Shown one piece after another: positions 10,306 through 19,639 of a stretch of DNA of 46,780 nucleotides (its first letter is position 1; every line of letters begins with the position of its first letter). This DNA comes from an uncultured Candidatus Peregrinibacteria bacterium (GTDB taxonomy: Bacteria; Patescibacteriota; Gracilibacteria; Peribacterales; Peribacteraceae): the NCBI GenBank assembly GCA_903822115.1, contig CAIJNU010000040.1:1-46780 (forward strand), in the 5' to 3' direction. The notes under the pieces are model-generated. The model worked only from the letters and a program-made list of their open reading frames with translations, made no database searches and was not told where the DNA came from. Both the position numbers and the translations under genes were made by a program.

Positions 10306-11751
10306 ATGCCGACACTTCGCTCCGTTCGTGAATGGCTCACCATCCTCCTCGTGTTTCTTTTGCCGTTCCATGCGCTGCTCGTAACGCTCGGAACGAAGCT
10401 GCTCCTCGGGCCCGATCACGCCCCTTCCGTCATCCTAGCTCTCTGGAAGGACGCACTCCTCGGCGTCATTCTCTTTCTCGCGTGTGTGGAAATATTTCTT
10501 GAGAGGAAGAAGTTCGCTGTCGATATCCTCGACATTCTCATCGCTTGTCTGTTCGTGCTTGCCGCGATTCTTGGCTTTGTACTGCATCAATCTCACAGTT
10601 CCTTCCTCCTCGGATTTCGCTACGATCTCCTCCTGCTCGTCGCCTTCTGTCTGCTTCGGCGCGTGTCTTGGTCTGATGTATTCGCTGCGCGCCTGATGAA
10701 GGGCGTGCCGATCGTCGCCGGTGTCATCGCGCTCACCGCACTCGTCAGTCTCTTCCTGCCGGTTTCGGTATTCCGCGCACTCGGATACTCATCACTCCAT
10801 TCGCTCTACGTGCCGAGTGGCCCCCTCGCTCCGTTTCAGCAAATCGGCGAATCGGTGCTCCGTCGCGTCCAGGGGGCGATGAGCGGACCGAATCAGTTGG
10901 GCATTTGGCTTTTAATTCCTCTGAGCATGCTTCTCTCATTGTTTGTCGTGAAGTGGGGAGAAGAAAAGAATGATTCTCGTTATCTTTTCTGTCTTCTTTG
11001 CCTTCTCTCTCTTGCTCTCCTTCTTACCTACTCACGCGCGGCGTGGCTTGCTGCCGGCGTGATGGTCGCAGTCGCGCTCTCCCGGAAACTTCCCCCCCGC
11101 TTCTTTCGACGTTTTCTGATCTGGTCTGGGCTCTCGGTGATCGGCATCTTCGTGGTTGCTGCTGTGGCCTTCCCGCAAGTCGTCTTCCGTCTCTCCTCCA
11201 CGCGCGGTCATCTTGTGCGACCGTTGCAGGCGCTCTCTCTCATGGCGCAGCATCCGCTCGGGATGGGGCTTGCGTCGGCGGGGCCGGCGAGCAACCGCTT
11301 CAATGAACCTTGCGTCTTCCTCAGGCCGCAGGACGATCCTTCGTGGGCCAAGAGTCAGCCTTTTCTCTGCGTCTTCGTCGGCGAGAAGCAAGTGCAGCCG
11401 CTTGATCACGCGTGCCGCTGTCCGTTCCTTCCGGAAGATTGGTACCTTCAGATTGGCGTGGAACTCGGAGTCGAGGGGTTTGTTCTGTTCGTGATGTTGG
11501 TGGTGATGGTTCTACGGCGGTTGAGAATGAATAATGGAAAATTGATAATGGATAATGGATCGAAAAATTCCCCATTATCCATTATCAATTATTCATTCCG
11601 CTTCGCGGCTTTCCTCTCCTTCCTCGGTATTTCCATCGCCGCGATCTTCCTCCATGCGTGGGAAGATGCGGCTGTCGCCTACACGGGATGGATTCTCGTC
11701 GCCGTTGCGTTGCCCGTTATGGGGCACAAGAAGAACGCTGAAGCACGATGA
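10306..11751 (+). CDS. O-antigen ligase/Wzy-like polytopic membrane protein
   Basis: Many TM helices; RVQG...GPNQLG, LTYSRAAW, HPLGMG, WYLQIGVELG. Confidence 0.8.
   Translation: MPTLRSVREWLTILLVFLLPFHALLVTLGTKLLLGPDHAPSVILALWKDALLGVILFLACVEIFLERKKFAVDILDILIACLFVLAAILGFVLHQSHSSFLLGFRYDLLLLVAFCLLRRVSWSDVFAARLMKGVPIVAGVIALTALVSLFLPVSVFRALGYSSLHSLYVPSGPLAPFQQIGESVLRRVQGAMSGPNQLGIWLLIPLSMLLSLFVVKWGEEKNDSRYLFCLLCLLSLALLLTYSRAAWLAAGVMVAVALSRKLPPRFFRRFLIWSGLSVIGIFVVAAVAFPQVVFRLSSTRGHLVRPLQALSLMAQHPLGMGLASAGPASNRFNEPCVFLRPQDDPSWAKSQPFLCVFVGEKQVQPLDHACRCPFLPEDWYLQIGVELGVEGFVLFVMLVVMVLRRLRMNNGKLIMDNGSKNSPLSIINYSFRFAAFLSFLGISIAAIFLHAWEDAAVAYTGWILVAVALPVMGHKKNAEAR
11525..11598. repeat. AT-rich inverted heptamer array inserted in frame
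   Basis: aatgaat-aatggaa-aattgat-aatggat-aatgg followed by its inverse; 11540-11558 pairs perfectly with 11572-11590 (19 bp). Confidence 0.88.
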
Positions 11752-11783
11752 TTTCGTCGGGCAGTGCCTGCTACACTGCTCCC

Positions 11784-13613
11784 ATGAATTCCGTCCGTGC
11801 CGGTTCCATCGTCATACTTGATAGCGGCGGGCAGTACGCTCACCTCATCGGCAATCGCGTGCGTCGGCTCGGAGCATTCTCCGAGATTCGCATCGCGGAG
11901 ACGAAGGCGGAGGATCTGAGGGGTGCGGCGGGCATCATCCTCTCCGGCGGACCGCAGAGCGTCTACGAGGAGGGCAGCCCGCAGCCCGACCCCGCGATTT
12001 TCGAGCTTGGCATTCCGGTCCTCGGCATTTGCTACGGTCATCAGTGGGTCGCGCATGCGCTCGGAGGCGCGGTGAAGCCGGGGAAGATCAAGGAATACGG
12101 GCACGCGGACTTAAACATCGTCACTCCGGAGAGCGTCCTCTTCCGAGGACTTCCGTTGCGATTCGGCGTGTGGATGTCGCACGGGGATGAGGTGGCGGAT
12201 CTGCCGCCGGGATTCTCAACCCTCGCGAGCTCCGATACCTGCACCATCGCCGCCATGGGCGATGAGGAGCGGCGCATCTTCGGCGTCCAGTTTCACCTCG
12301 AAGTGACCCACACGCAGCACGGCATGGAGATCCTCAAGCGCTTCGTCGATCTCTGCGAGCCCGCACCGTGGTCGATGGAAGGATTCGCCAAGAGGATCGG
12401 GCAGGAGATCGCGCAGACGGTCGGGGACAGGAGAGTCTTCATGCTGGTGTCCGGCGGCGTGGATTCCTCCGTCGCATTCACGCTGCTCAATGACGTCCTC
12501 GGCGTCGACCGCGTGCAGGGGTTGCTCGTCGACACCGGTCTCATGCGCAAGAACGAAGTGCGCAACATTCGACAGGCATTCGATCGTCTGGGCATCACCA
12601 ACCTCCAGATCGCAGACGCCTCGGAGGAGTTCTTCCGAAATTTGAAAGGCATCTACGATCCGGAGGAGAAGCGCCGCATCATCGGCCAGACATTCCTCGA
12701 CGTGCAGAAGCGCGTGAGCGAGGAGATGGGGCTGGGAATGGTGGGAAGCCCTTCGGCAGGCTCAGGGCAAACGTCGCAAAGCGACGTTTGGATGCTCGGA
12801 CAGGGCACGATCTATCCCGATACGATCGAAACGAAAGGAACGAAGCACGCCGATCACATCAAGACGCATCACAACCGTGTCGCGGCCATACAGGCGATGA
12901 TCGAGAAGGGGCTCGTGATCGAGCCGCTCAAGGATCTCTACAAGGATGAGGTGAGAGCGCTCGGCGAGGAGCTCGGCTTGCCGAGCGATTTCGTCTGGCG
13001 CCACCCCTTCCCGGGTCCCGGCCTCGGCGTGCGCATTCTCTGCGCGCAGGAACTAAGCCTCCCGAAGGAAATCGGCACCGTCGATCTTCCGCATCTCGTG
13101 CTGCCGGTGCGTTCCGTCGGCGTGCAGGGGGACGGCAGGACGTACCGCCACGCTGTTGCGCTCTTCGGGGAACACCCGTCGGAGGTGCCGCATGCGTATC
13201 GCGCGATGGCGACGACGATCCCCAATGCCATTCCCGCCTTTAACCGCGTCCTGTTCTGCTCGTCACACACTGCTCCACCACCTCTCATATTTACGCCGGG
13301 GTATCTCACACGCGAGCGAGCCGATCTCCTGCGCGAGGCGGATGCCGTCGTGGATGAGGAGCTGCGCCGCGCCGATCTCTACTCCGTCATCTGGCAGTTC
13401 CCCGTCGTTCTCCTTCCGTTCGGGACGAAGGAGGGGGGAGAGTCGATCGTGCTTCGGCCTGTGGAATCGCAGGAGGCCATGACGGCTTCAGCCGCGCCTC
13501 TTCCTCCCGCGCTCCTGCGCCGCATTACCGATCGCCTCCTCGCATTGCCGGGAATCGACATGGTGTTCCTCGATCTCACGAGCAAGCCGCCCGCGACAAT
13601 TGAATGGGAATAA
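11784..13613 (+). CDS. guaA: GMP synthase (glutamine-hydrolysing)
   Basis: ILDSGGQY, LGICYGHQ, WMSHGD, VQFHLEV, SGGVDS, QGTIYPD, IKTHHN, RHPFPGPGL, KPPATIEWE. Confidence 0.97.
   Translation: MNSVRAGSIVILDSGGQYAHLIGNRVRRLGAFSEIRIAETKAEDLRGAAGIILSGGPQSVYEEGSPQPDPAIFELGIPVLGICYGHQWVAHALGGAVKPGKIKEYGHADLNIVTPESVLFRGLPLRFGVWMSHGDEVADLPPGFSTLASSDTCTIAAMGDEERRIFGVQFHLEVTHTQHGMEILKRFVDLCEPAPWSMEGFAKRIGQEIAQTVGDRRVFMLVSGGVDSSVAFTLLNDVLGVDRVQGLLVDTGLMRKNEVRNIRQAFDRLGITNLQIADASEEFFRNLKGIYDPEEKRRIIGQTFLDVQKRVSEEMGLGMVGSPSAGSGQTSQSDVWMLGQGTIYPDTIETKGTKHADHIKTHHNRVAAIQAMIEKGLVIEPLKDLYKDEVRALGEELGLPSDFVWRHPFPGPGLGVRILCAQELSLPKEIGTVDLPHLVLPVRSVGVQGDGRTYRHAVALFGEHPSEVPHAYRAMATTIPNAIPAFNRVLFCSSHTAPPPLIFTPGYLTRERADLLREADAVVDEELRRADLYSVIWQFPVVLLPFGTKEGGESIVLRPVESQEAMTASAAPLPPALLRRITDRLLALPGIDMVFLDLTSKPPATIEWE
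12748..12790 (+). repeat. REP-like element plus perfect hairpin inside guaA
   Basis: GCCCTTCGGCAGGCTCAGGGC resembles GCCCTTCGACAAGCTCAGGAC at 41852-41872; followed by CAAACGTCGC-aaa-GCGACGTTTG. Confidence 0.75.
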
Positions 13614-13708
13614 TGGATATCTTGGCAGAAAGGGAATCCTTTTGGACATTTTGATGATATTATGTCAGAACTTGATTTCTACATTTTCTCCGTGTAGTCT
13701 CTTCGCCT

Positions 13709-14293
13709 ATGCAATATCCGATGCCACCAAATCAAGATTCTGTCAAACGCATGGAAGATGCGCTTGCAGGAGTTACGGAAGCATTCGCTGCAATCCGTCC
13801 TGAATCAGGGAATGCAGAGGGGAATCGAAATATTTCAGGTTTTGTTGAAGGCATACGTCGAAGATTCTTCGTTGAACTTTCCGACCTCGGCGATCAGCGA
13901 CAGCTGACTGATTTCGATACTCAGGTCAAACGGTTGAATGTAAATATGCACAGCAGTGAAATTCGGACATCCGTGGCCATCTTGCGGGAGGCAGTTGTCG
14001 CCTCCATCACTGCAAATCGCTTGTCCGTCGTACAGCCGCAACAAGTGAGTATGTTGAATGACATCGTCGAAAAAGCGAAATGTGTGGCGCATGAGTATCG
14101 TTCTTTTCAGGAGATGGGTTCAGAAACTCCGGGGAGGAATGTTGGTTCTCGCGTCTGTGCCGTTCTCTCTTGTGCCCAAGATTTTCTTCCTCCAAATTCA
14201 GGGAGGAGAGAATGGATTGAGTCTTTTAAGGCGCAGATTTTGCGTCTTCAGGGCGGGGGGGATATTCGTGAATTCGGCAAGGATTTAATTTGA
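13709..14293 (+). CDS. Hypothetical protein (AT-richer than flanks)
   Basis: 194-aa ORF filling the gap, TAGTCT box 8 nt upstream, no recognised motif. Confidence 0.7.
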   Translation: MQYPMPPNQDSVKRMEDALAGVTEAFAAIRPESGNAEGNRNISGFVEGIRRRFFVELSDLGDQRQLTDFDTQVKRLNVNMHSSEIRTSVAILREAVVASITANRLSVVQPQQVSMLNDIVEKAKCVAHEYRSFQEMGSETPGRNVGSRVCAVLSCAQDFLPPNSGRREWIESFKAQILRLQGGGDIREFGKDLI

Positions 14294-14333
14294 TTGGGAA
14301 TGTGCTGCATACACGGAGGAAAAGGGCTACGCT

Positions 14334-14990
14334 GTGCTCCCCGTGGGATCTATCAGCATTCCTCTCTTCGGCGCCGAGGATGAGACGGAGGAGGTGAAGG
14401 AAACGCCCGCCGCATCCGATGCTCTCCCGTTCGTCACGAACGAGGAGCAATTGCAGACGCTCATTCGTCGGGCGCAGGAGGGGGACACGGAGGCGTTCGG
14501 CACTGTGTACGATCATTTTTTCCTCCCGATCTTCCGCTACGCGTCCTTTCGGGCTCCCAGAGAACTCGTGGAGGATCTTGTGTCCGATATTTTCGTGAAG
14601 GCGTGGGAGAAGCTGCACACGTACAAGATGCGCAAGGGAGTGCCCTTCGCCGCGTGGCTGTTTCGCATCGCGCGCCACACCGTCATCGATGCGTATCGCT
14701 CGCAGCGATCGTTCGAAGAAGTGTCCGAGGAACTCCCCGATCCCGATGTCCTCAATCATGCCGACTCGCAGGTGCGCAGCGACGACATCCTCAATGCCGT
14801 ACGCGTCGCCCTCGATCGGCTCCCGCGTCGCTATCGCGAAGTCCTCCTCCTCTCCTACATTGCCGAGCTCTCTCATGCGGAAGTGGCCCGCGCCATGCGC
14901 AAAACCGAGGGGGGAGTCCGCGTTCTGAAGTTCAGGGCGCTGCGCAAGCTCGCCTCCCTCCTTCCCCCCGAGTTTCGCGATTTGGCGTAA
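14334..14990 (+). CDS. ECF-type sigma-70 RNA polymerase sigma factor
   Basis: AQEGDTEAF, EDLVSDIFVKAW, FAAWLFRIARH, LDRLP...SHAEVA...RALRKL. Exact start uncertain. Confidence 0.93.
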   Translation: MLPVGSISIPLFGAEDETEEVKETPAASDALPFVTNEEQLQTLIRRAQEGDTEAFGTVYDHFFLPIFRYASFRAPRELVEDLVSDIFVKAWEKLHTYKMRKGVPFAAWLFRIARHTVIDAYRSQRSFEEVSEELPDPDVLNHADSQVRSDDILNAVRVALDRLPRRYREVLLLSYIAELSHAEVARAMRKTEGGVRVLKFRALRKLASLLPPEFRDLA

Positions 14991-15024
14991 CGGAACGCCC
15001 CTTTCCCCGTTTTTCCTCTTGCAG

Positions 15025-16983
15025 ATGCCCCTCCCTCCTTCCCCATCGGACGAGAGCGACCGCGCGGCGAAGGCGCTGGCCGCGACCTCGCGGCACGTCG
15101 TGCCGACGCAGGAACAGAGGAAAATCATCAAGCGAAACATGCTGCGACAGGTGTCGGCGCCCCACGCGCTGCTTCGAGCGAAGGAAGAACTTAAACCCGC
15201 GAAGGCACAGTCATCGCAGATCTGGCAGGCCATTCTCTCCCGTATCGCTCCTCTCCACACTGAGCACTTCTGGGAGAAGCTGCGTTCACTTTCTTCCGCT
15301 TCCGACACACTCAAGCTTTTTCTCCGGCGCAAGCTCCTACGGCGACTCGAGCCGGTTTCCGTCTCCTCATTCATGCGAATCGGAGGATACGTGGTGGCGT
15401 TCGGAGTCTTCCTCCTTGTGCTCCGTGCCAGTCCGATGCTCTTTCTCGCGCCGCACAGTCGCGCCGCTTCTTCCGTCGTTCTGATCCCCGTGCAAGGTGA
15501 AGTGTCGGTGTTGCGAGACGGACTCTGGCAACCTCTGACGGGGCAGATGACGCTCAAGGGGGCAGTGCGCATTCGCACGGGTGAGGCGAGTTCCGTTACG
15601 CTCATTGTTCGTGACGACGGCGTGCTTCGTCTCGGAGAGAATACGATCGTCGACGTTCCCGATTTCCCGGACAGTTCGCAGGGCAAACTGGCGGCTCTCC
15701 CGGAGGAGTTTGGTTTCGAGAGCGGTACTCTCTGGATCCAGGCGCTCATGCCCGAGTCGGCTCCGGGATGGATGATCGATGCCGCAGGGGCGCACGTTGC
15801 CATCCATGAAGGCAGTCTCTCCATGCAGGGGCAGACGGATCGCGTGGCGCTCGAAGTTTGGGATCGTCTCGCGAGCGTGTTTGAGACAAAGGGGAATGAA
15901 GTCGCGCTCGTTTCCGGTGACGGCCTGACCGTTCGCAGCGGGGAGAATCCGTCGCAGGGAGCGGTGACGGTGCTGGCGGAACAGAGTCCATGGGTGATCG
16001 ACAATCTCAAGCGCGATGCGGTGCATCGCAGCGAAGTCGCTCTTCTCCAGCAGGAGCGTCTCGCCAAGAATGCGGGCATCCTTCCCACCTCGCCGCTCTA
16101 TCCCGTGAAGCGCGTGGCGGAGGCGGTGGATATGATGCTGACATTCGGCAGCAGCGCACGGACACAGAAGCTCCTTGATCAGGCGGATACTCGTCTCAAC
16201 GAGGCCGCCGCGCTCCTCGCAAGTGGAAGCGGTTCTCAGGCCGCACAGAACACGTTGCAGGAATACAAAACCACGCTGCTCGCCGCCGCAGTGGCGACGG
16301 GCTCAGGCGCGCAGCAAGATCTCCTCAATCAACAGCTCACGTCCGATGTCGCAGACGTTTCGGCGGCGCTTCCCAGCGATGCTTCCTACCTCCTCAAGAA
16401 AACGGTTCTCGAAGCAGGTGCCTCGCTACCGGGGAGTCAGCTGAAGCCGGAGGATGTGATGGGAACCTTGCTCGTGGATGCGCTCTCCTCCATAACGCAC
16501 CAAGCGCAGGAGGGAGACGCGCCCGGCTCGATCCTCGCTTTCAAATCCCTCTCTTCATCCATCGCTCTCCTCGATGATTCCTCTTCGAGACTCTCGTCCA
16601 AAGTGCGCAAGGAGGCGCGCGCATCGCTTACAGTGCTTGCGCGAACGATCGAGCAGAGCGACAGATCCGGCGGGACCGGTACCGTCCTCGCATCGAGCGG
16701 TTTGGAGCGCTACCTCCCGTCGCCCGTAGGTGTGGGACCGATTCCTCTCACGGATGCCGAAGTGGATGCCTATGCGCAAGCGATCAAGAGCCGCATCTTC
16801 CTCTATAAAATGCCGCGCTCGCGTTACGATCAGTTGCTCGCCGAGAGCCGCGCTCTCGATAGTAATCCCGATCAGGGTCGCATCCTTCGTCGCCTCTATT
16901 ACATTCTGCCTCCCAATGGTCTCGCACAGTACGTGCGCACGGAATTCCAGAGGATTCGCAAGGACAAGGGCGGCATCATCTGA
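15025..16983 (+). CDS. Membrane-anchored FecR-like/DUF5667 protein, probable anti-sigma factor
   Basis: One TM helix, FecR-like beta region (IRTGEASSVTL...LRLGENT), ILPTSPLYPVKRVAE DUF5667-type motif; directly after the ECF sigma. Confidence 0.72.
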   Translation: MPLPPSPSDESDRAAKALAATSRHVVPTQEQRKIIKRNMLRQVSAPHALLRAKEELKPAKAQSSQIWQAILSRIAPLHTEHFWEKLRSLSSASDTLKLFLRRKLLRRLEPVSVSSFMRIGGYVVAFGVFLLVLRASPMLFLAPHSRAASSVVLIPVQGEVSVLRDGLWQPLTGQMTLKGAVRIRTGEASSVTLIVRDDGVLRLGENTIVDVPDFPDSSQGKLAALPEEFGFESGTLWIQALMPESAPGWMIDAAGAHVAIHEGSLSMQGQTDRVALEVWDRLASVFETKGNEVALVSGDGLTVRSGENPSQGAVTVLAEQSPWVIDNLKRDAVHRSEVALLQQERLAKNAGILPTSPLYPVKRVAEAVDMMLTFGSSARTQKLLDQADTRLNEAAALLASGSGSQAAQNTLQEYKTTLLAAAVATGSGAQQDLLNQQLTSDVADVSAALPSDASYLLKKTVLEAGASLPGSQLKPEDVMGTLLVDALSSITHQAQEGDAPGSILAFKSLSSSIALLDDSSSRLSSKVRKEARASLTVLARTIEQSDRSGGTGTVLASSGLERYLPSPVGVGPIPLTDAEVDAYAQAIKSRIFLYKMPRSRYDQLLAESRALDSNPDQGRILRRLYYILPPNGLAQYVRTEFQRIRKDKGGII

Positions 16984-17000
16984 TGTTCGCACGTGAGATA

Positions 17001-17029
17001 TTGACGTGAAGCCCTTCCCCCTTCACACT
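17001..17029 (+). promoter_or_regulatory. Sigma-70 promoter of efp (near-leaderless)
   Basis: TTGACG-17 nt-CACACT, 8 nt before the ATG. Confidence 0.65.
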
Positions 17030-17037
17030 TTTCGCCC

Positions 17038-17604
17038 ATGTATACGATCACTGATCTCAAACCCGGCCGCGCCGTCACTCTCGACGGACAACCTTACCTC
17101 GTCGTTTCCTCGCAGTTCGGACGCAAGAGCCAGAGCAAGGCGAACATGCAGTGTAAACTGAAGAATCTCAAAACGGGCGCGGTCGTCGCGCGCAACTTCC
17201 AGGGGAGCGAGAAGATCGAAGAGGCGGACGTCGGCTTTCGCCGCGTGCAATTCCTCTATGGTGGAGGCACACAGGGATACACGTTTATGGATTTGGAGAA
17301 CTACGATCAATTCGAACTCTCCGCGGATGTGCTCGAGGATATCCAGCAGTATCTGAGCGAGGGGCTCGAGGTGGATGCGCTCCTCTTCGATGGCAATCCG
17401 ATCGGGATCAAGCTACCCTCGACGGTCGTGCTCACGGTCAAAGAGACCATCCCGGGCGTGCGCGGCGACACCGCGACGGGGGGAGGGAAGCCTGCCACAA
17501 TGGAGACGGGCCTCGCCGTCACCGTTCCGCTCTTCATCAACGAAGGAGAGAAAATCCGGGTGAATACGGAGACGGGGGCGTATATGGAGCGCGCGAACGA
17601 CTGA
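17038..17604 (+). CDS. efp: Elongation factor P
   Basis: LKNLKTG, QFLY, PGVRGDTA, KPATMETG, VPLFINEGE. Confidence 0.96.
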   Translation: MYTITDLKPGRAVTLDGQPYLVVSSQFGRKSQSKANMQCKLKNLKTGAVVARNFQGSEKIEEADVGFRRVQFLYGGGTQGYTFMDLENYDQFELSADVLEDIQQYLSEGLEVDALLFDGNPIGIKLPSTVVLTVKETIPGVRGDTATGGGKPATMETGLAVTVPLFINEGEKIRVNTETGAYMERAND

Positions 17605-17608
17605 CGCC

Positions 17609-19033
17609 TCAGGAAATCTTCTTCATCAGGATCTCATTTACGATAGCAGGATTTGCCTGGCCCTTCGTCTCTTTCATCACCCATCCGACGATGGCGCCGA
17701 GTGCTGCGGTCTTGCCGGCTCTGTAGGATTCGATCGCTTTGGGATTTGCGGCGATGGCTTTTTCGACGAGAGCCTCGAGCGCGCCGGTGTCCGAAATTTG
17801 CTTCATCCCCTCCGCTTCGATGATCTCCGTCGCGGACTTCCCGGTTTTCACCATTTTCCCGAGCACGTCTTTGGCGGCGTTCGCGGAGATCGTTCCCTTA
17901 TCTACGGCGGACATCAGCTCGAGCAGGTGCGCCGTCGACGGCGCATCCGCGATGTCCTTTCCCTCCGACTTAAGGAACCCCTGAAGCTGTGTGAGGACAA
18001 GGCTCGCGGCGCGCTTGGCGTCTCCCATCTTCGCCAGAGCGTCGAAGCGGTCGCGCAGCGGAGATTGTTCCACGAGCATGAGCGCTTCCGCCTGCGATAG
18101 CCCCAGTGCGATGTACTTCTCCTTCAGCTTGGACGGGAGCTCGGGCAGAGATGAGCGGATCTTCTCAATCATTTCTTTCGAAAAGGAGAGCGGGGGGATA
18201 TCCGGTTCGGGAAAATAGCGGTAGTCATCGGCGGTCTCCTTGTCCCGAAGCATTCGCGTGCGGCCATCGTCGTCCATCCACCCGACGGTAATGTTTCCTT
18301 TGAGCGGTCCGCCCGATTCCGTCCACAGGTCGCGCAGTCGATTCTCCTCGTACGTGAGCGCGCGCTCGAGTGCGCGGAAGGAATTGAGGTTCTTGATTTC
18401 GCTCCTCGGATTGAGCGTCTTGGATCCTTTTTCTCTGAGCGAAATCGACGCGTCGAATCGCATCATGCCCTTGAACATGTCCGCATCACTCGCGCCGACA
18501 GCGATGAGGATGCGCCGCAGCTCCTCCGCGAACGCGACGGCCTCATCCGCGCTTCGCAGGTCCGGCTCCGTGACGATCTCCACGAGCGGCGTTCCGGCGC
18601 GGTTGTAGTCGCAGAGCGTGACGGCTCCGGCGTGCGAGAGCTTGCCGGCGTCGTTCTCCATGTGGAGGCGCGTGATGTCGCATGTCTTCTCCTTCCCTTC
18701 CATTTGGTACGTCACGGATCCCTTCGATGCGAGCGGGAAATCGTACTGGGAAATCTGGAATCCTGCCGGAAGGTCGGGATAGAAGTAGTGTTTGCGGTCG
18801 AAGTGGCTCTGGGGATTGATTTGGCATCCGATAGCGAGCGAGGCGGAGATCGCCTTCGAGATCGCTTCGGCGTTGGGGACGGGGAGCGTGCCGGGGTGTC
18901 CCATGCAGATCGGACACACGGTCGTATTCGCCTCCTTCTCGAACGCATCGTTGTCGCATCCGCAGAACATCTTCGTCTTCGTATTCATCTGCGCATGTAC
19001 TTCAAGCCCAATGATTGCCTCTAATTCCGGCAT
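17609..19033 (-). CDS. gatB: Asp/Glu-tRNA amidotransferase subunit B
   Basis: IGLEVHAQ, FDRKHYFYPDLP, DYNRAGTPLVEIV, EIKNLNSF, DYRYFPEPD. Confidence 0.98.
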   Translation of the reverse strand: MPELEAIIGLEVHAQMNTKTKMFCGCDNDAFEKEANTTVCPICMGHPGTLPVPNAEAISKAISASLAIGCQINPQSHFDRKHYFYPDLPAGFQISQYDFPLASKGSVTYQMEGKEKTCDITRLHMENDAGKLSHAGAVTLCDYNRAGTPLVEIVTEPDLRSADEAVAFAEELRRILIAVGASDADMFKGMMRFDASISLREKGSKTLNPRSEIKNLNSFRALERALTYEENRLRDLWTESGGPLKGNITVGWMDDDGRTRMLRDKETADDYRYFPEPDIPPLSFSKEMIEKIRSSLPELPSKLKEKYIALGLSQAEALMLVEQSPLRDRFDALAKMGDAKRAASLVLTQLQGFLKSEGKDIADAPSTAHLLELMSAVDKGTISANAAKDVLGKMVKTGKSATEIIEAEGMKQISDTGALEALVEKAIAANPKAIESYRAGKTAALGAIVGWVMKETKGQANPAIVNEILMKKIS

Positions 19034-19072
19034 GGGGAGAGAGTAGCGTGCGGCGGGAGAGGGATGCAAACG

Positions 19073-19558
19073 TCAAATCGTCACGGTGTCCTTCCTTCTC
19101 ACATTGCGCGGGATGCTCTCGGCGTAGTCCACGATCAGCTTGCCGTCGAGGTGGTCGAGCTCGTGCTGCACGACGCGCGCGTTGAAATCCAGGAGGCGCT
19201 TCTCTTTCTTTTTCCCCTTTGCATCGCTGTAGGAGACGACGATCTCCGTGGCTCGCGGCACGGGTGTCCAAGATTCGGGCAGACTCAAGCATCCTTCCTC
19301 GCAGATCTCCGTCTCTTTGCCCCTCGAGAGGATTTCGGGATTGATGAGCGGCGTCACCTTGCCGTCGATCGTGGCGATGCAGACGCGGAATCCCACGCCG
19401 ATCTGCGGTGCGGCGAGTCCCACTCCCTTCGCATGCTCCATCGTCTCGCGCATGTCCCGAAGCAGTCTCTGTAAATCTTTGGTGAAGCGCTCGAGGGGCT
19501 TTGCGGGTGTGCGTAGGATCGGATTGTCGTCGCCGGTCAGGATGGGCAGAACCGCCAT
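19073..19558 (-). CDS. def: Peptide deformylase
   Basis: GVGLAAPQIG, EGCLS, QHELDHLDG. Confidence 0.98.
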   Translation of the reverse strand: MAVLPILTGDDNPILRTPAKPLERFTKDLQRLLRDMRETMEHAKGVGLAAPQIGVGFRVCIATIDGKVTPLINPEILSRGKETEICEEGCLSLPESWTPVPRATEIVVSYSDAKGKKKEKRLLDFNARVVQHELDHLDGKLIVDYAESIPRNVRRKDTVTI

Positions 19559-19639
19559 TGGAGGCTATTGTACTGTTTTTTCATCCCCAGTCACGATTGT
19601 ATATAGAAAGAAATGCATTATTCTCAGCAGAAATCTCTT

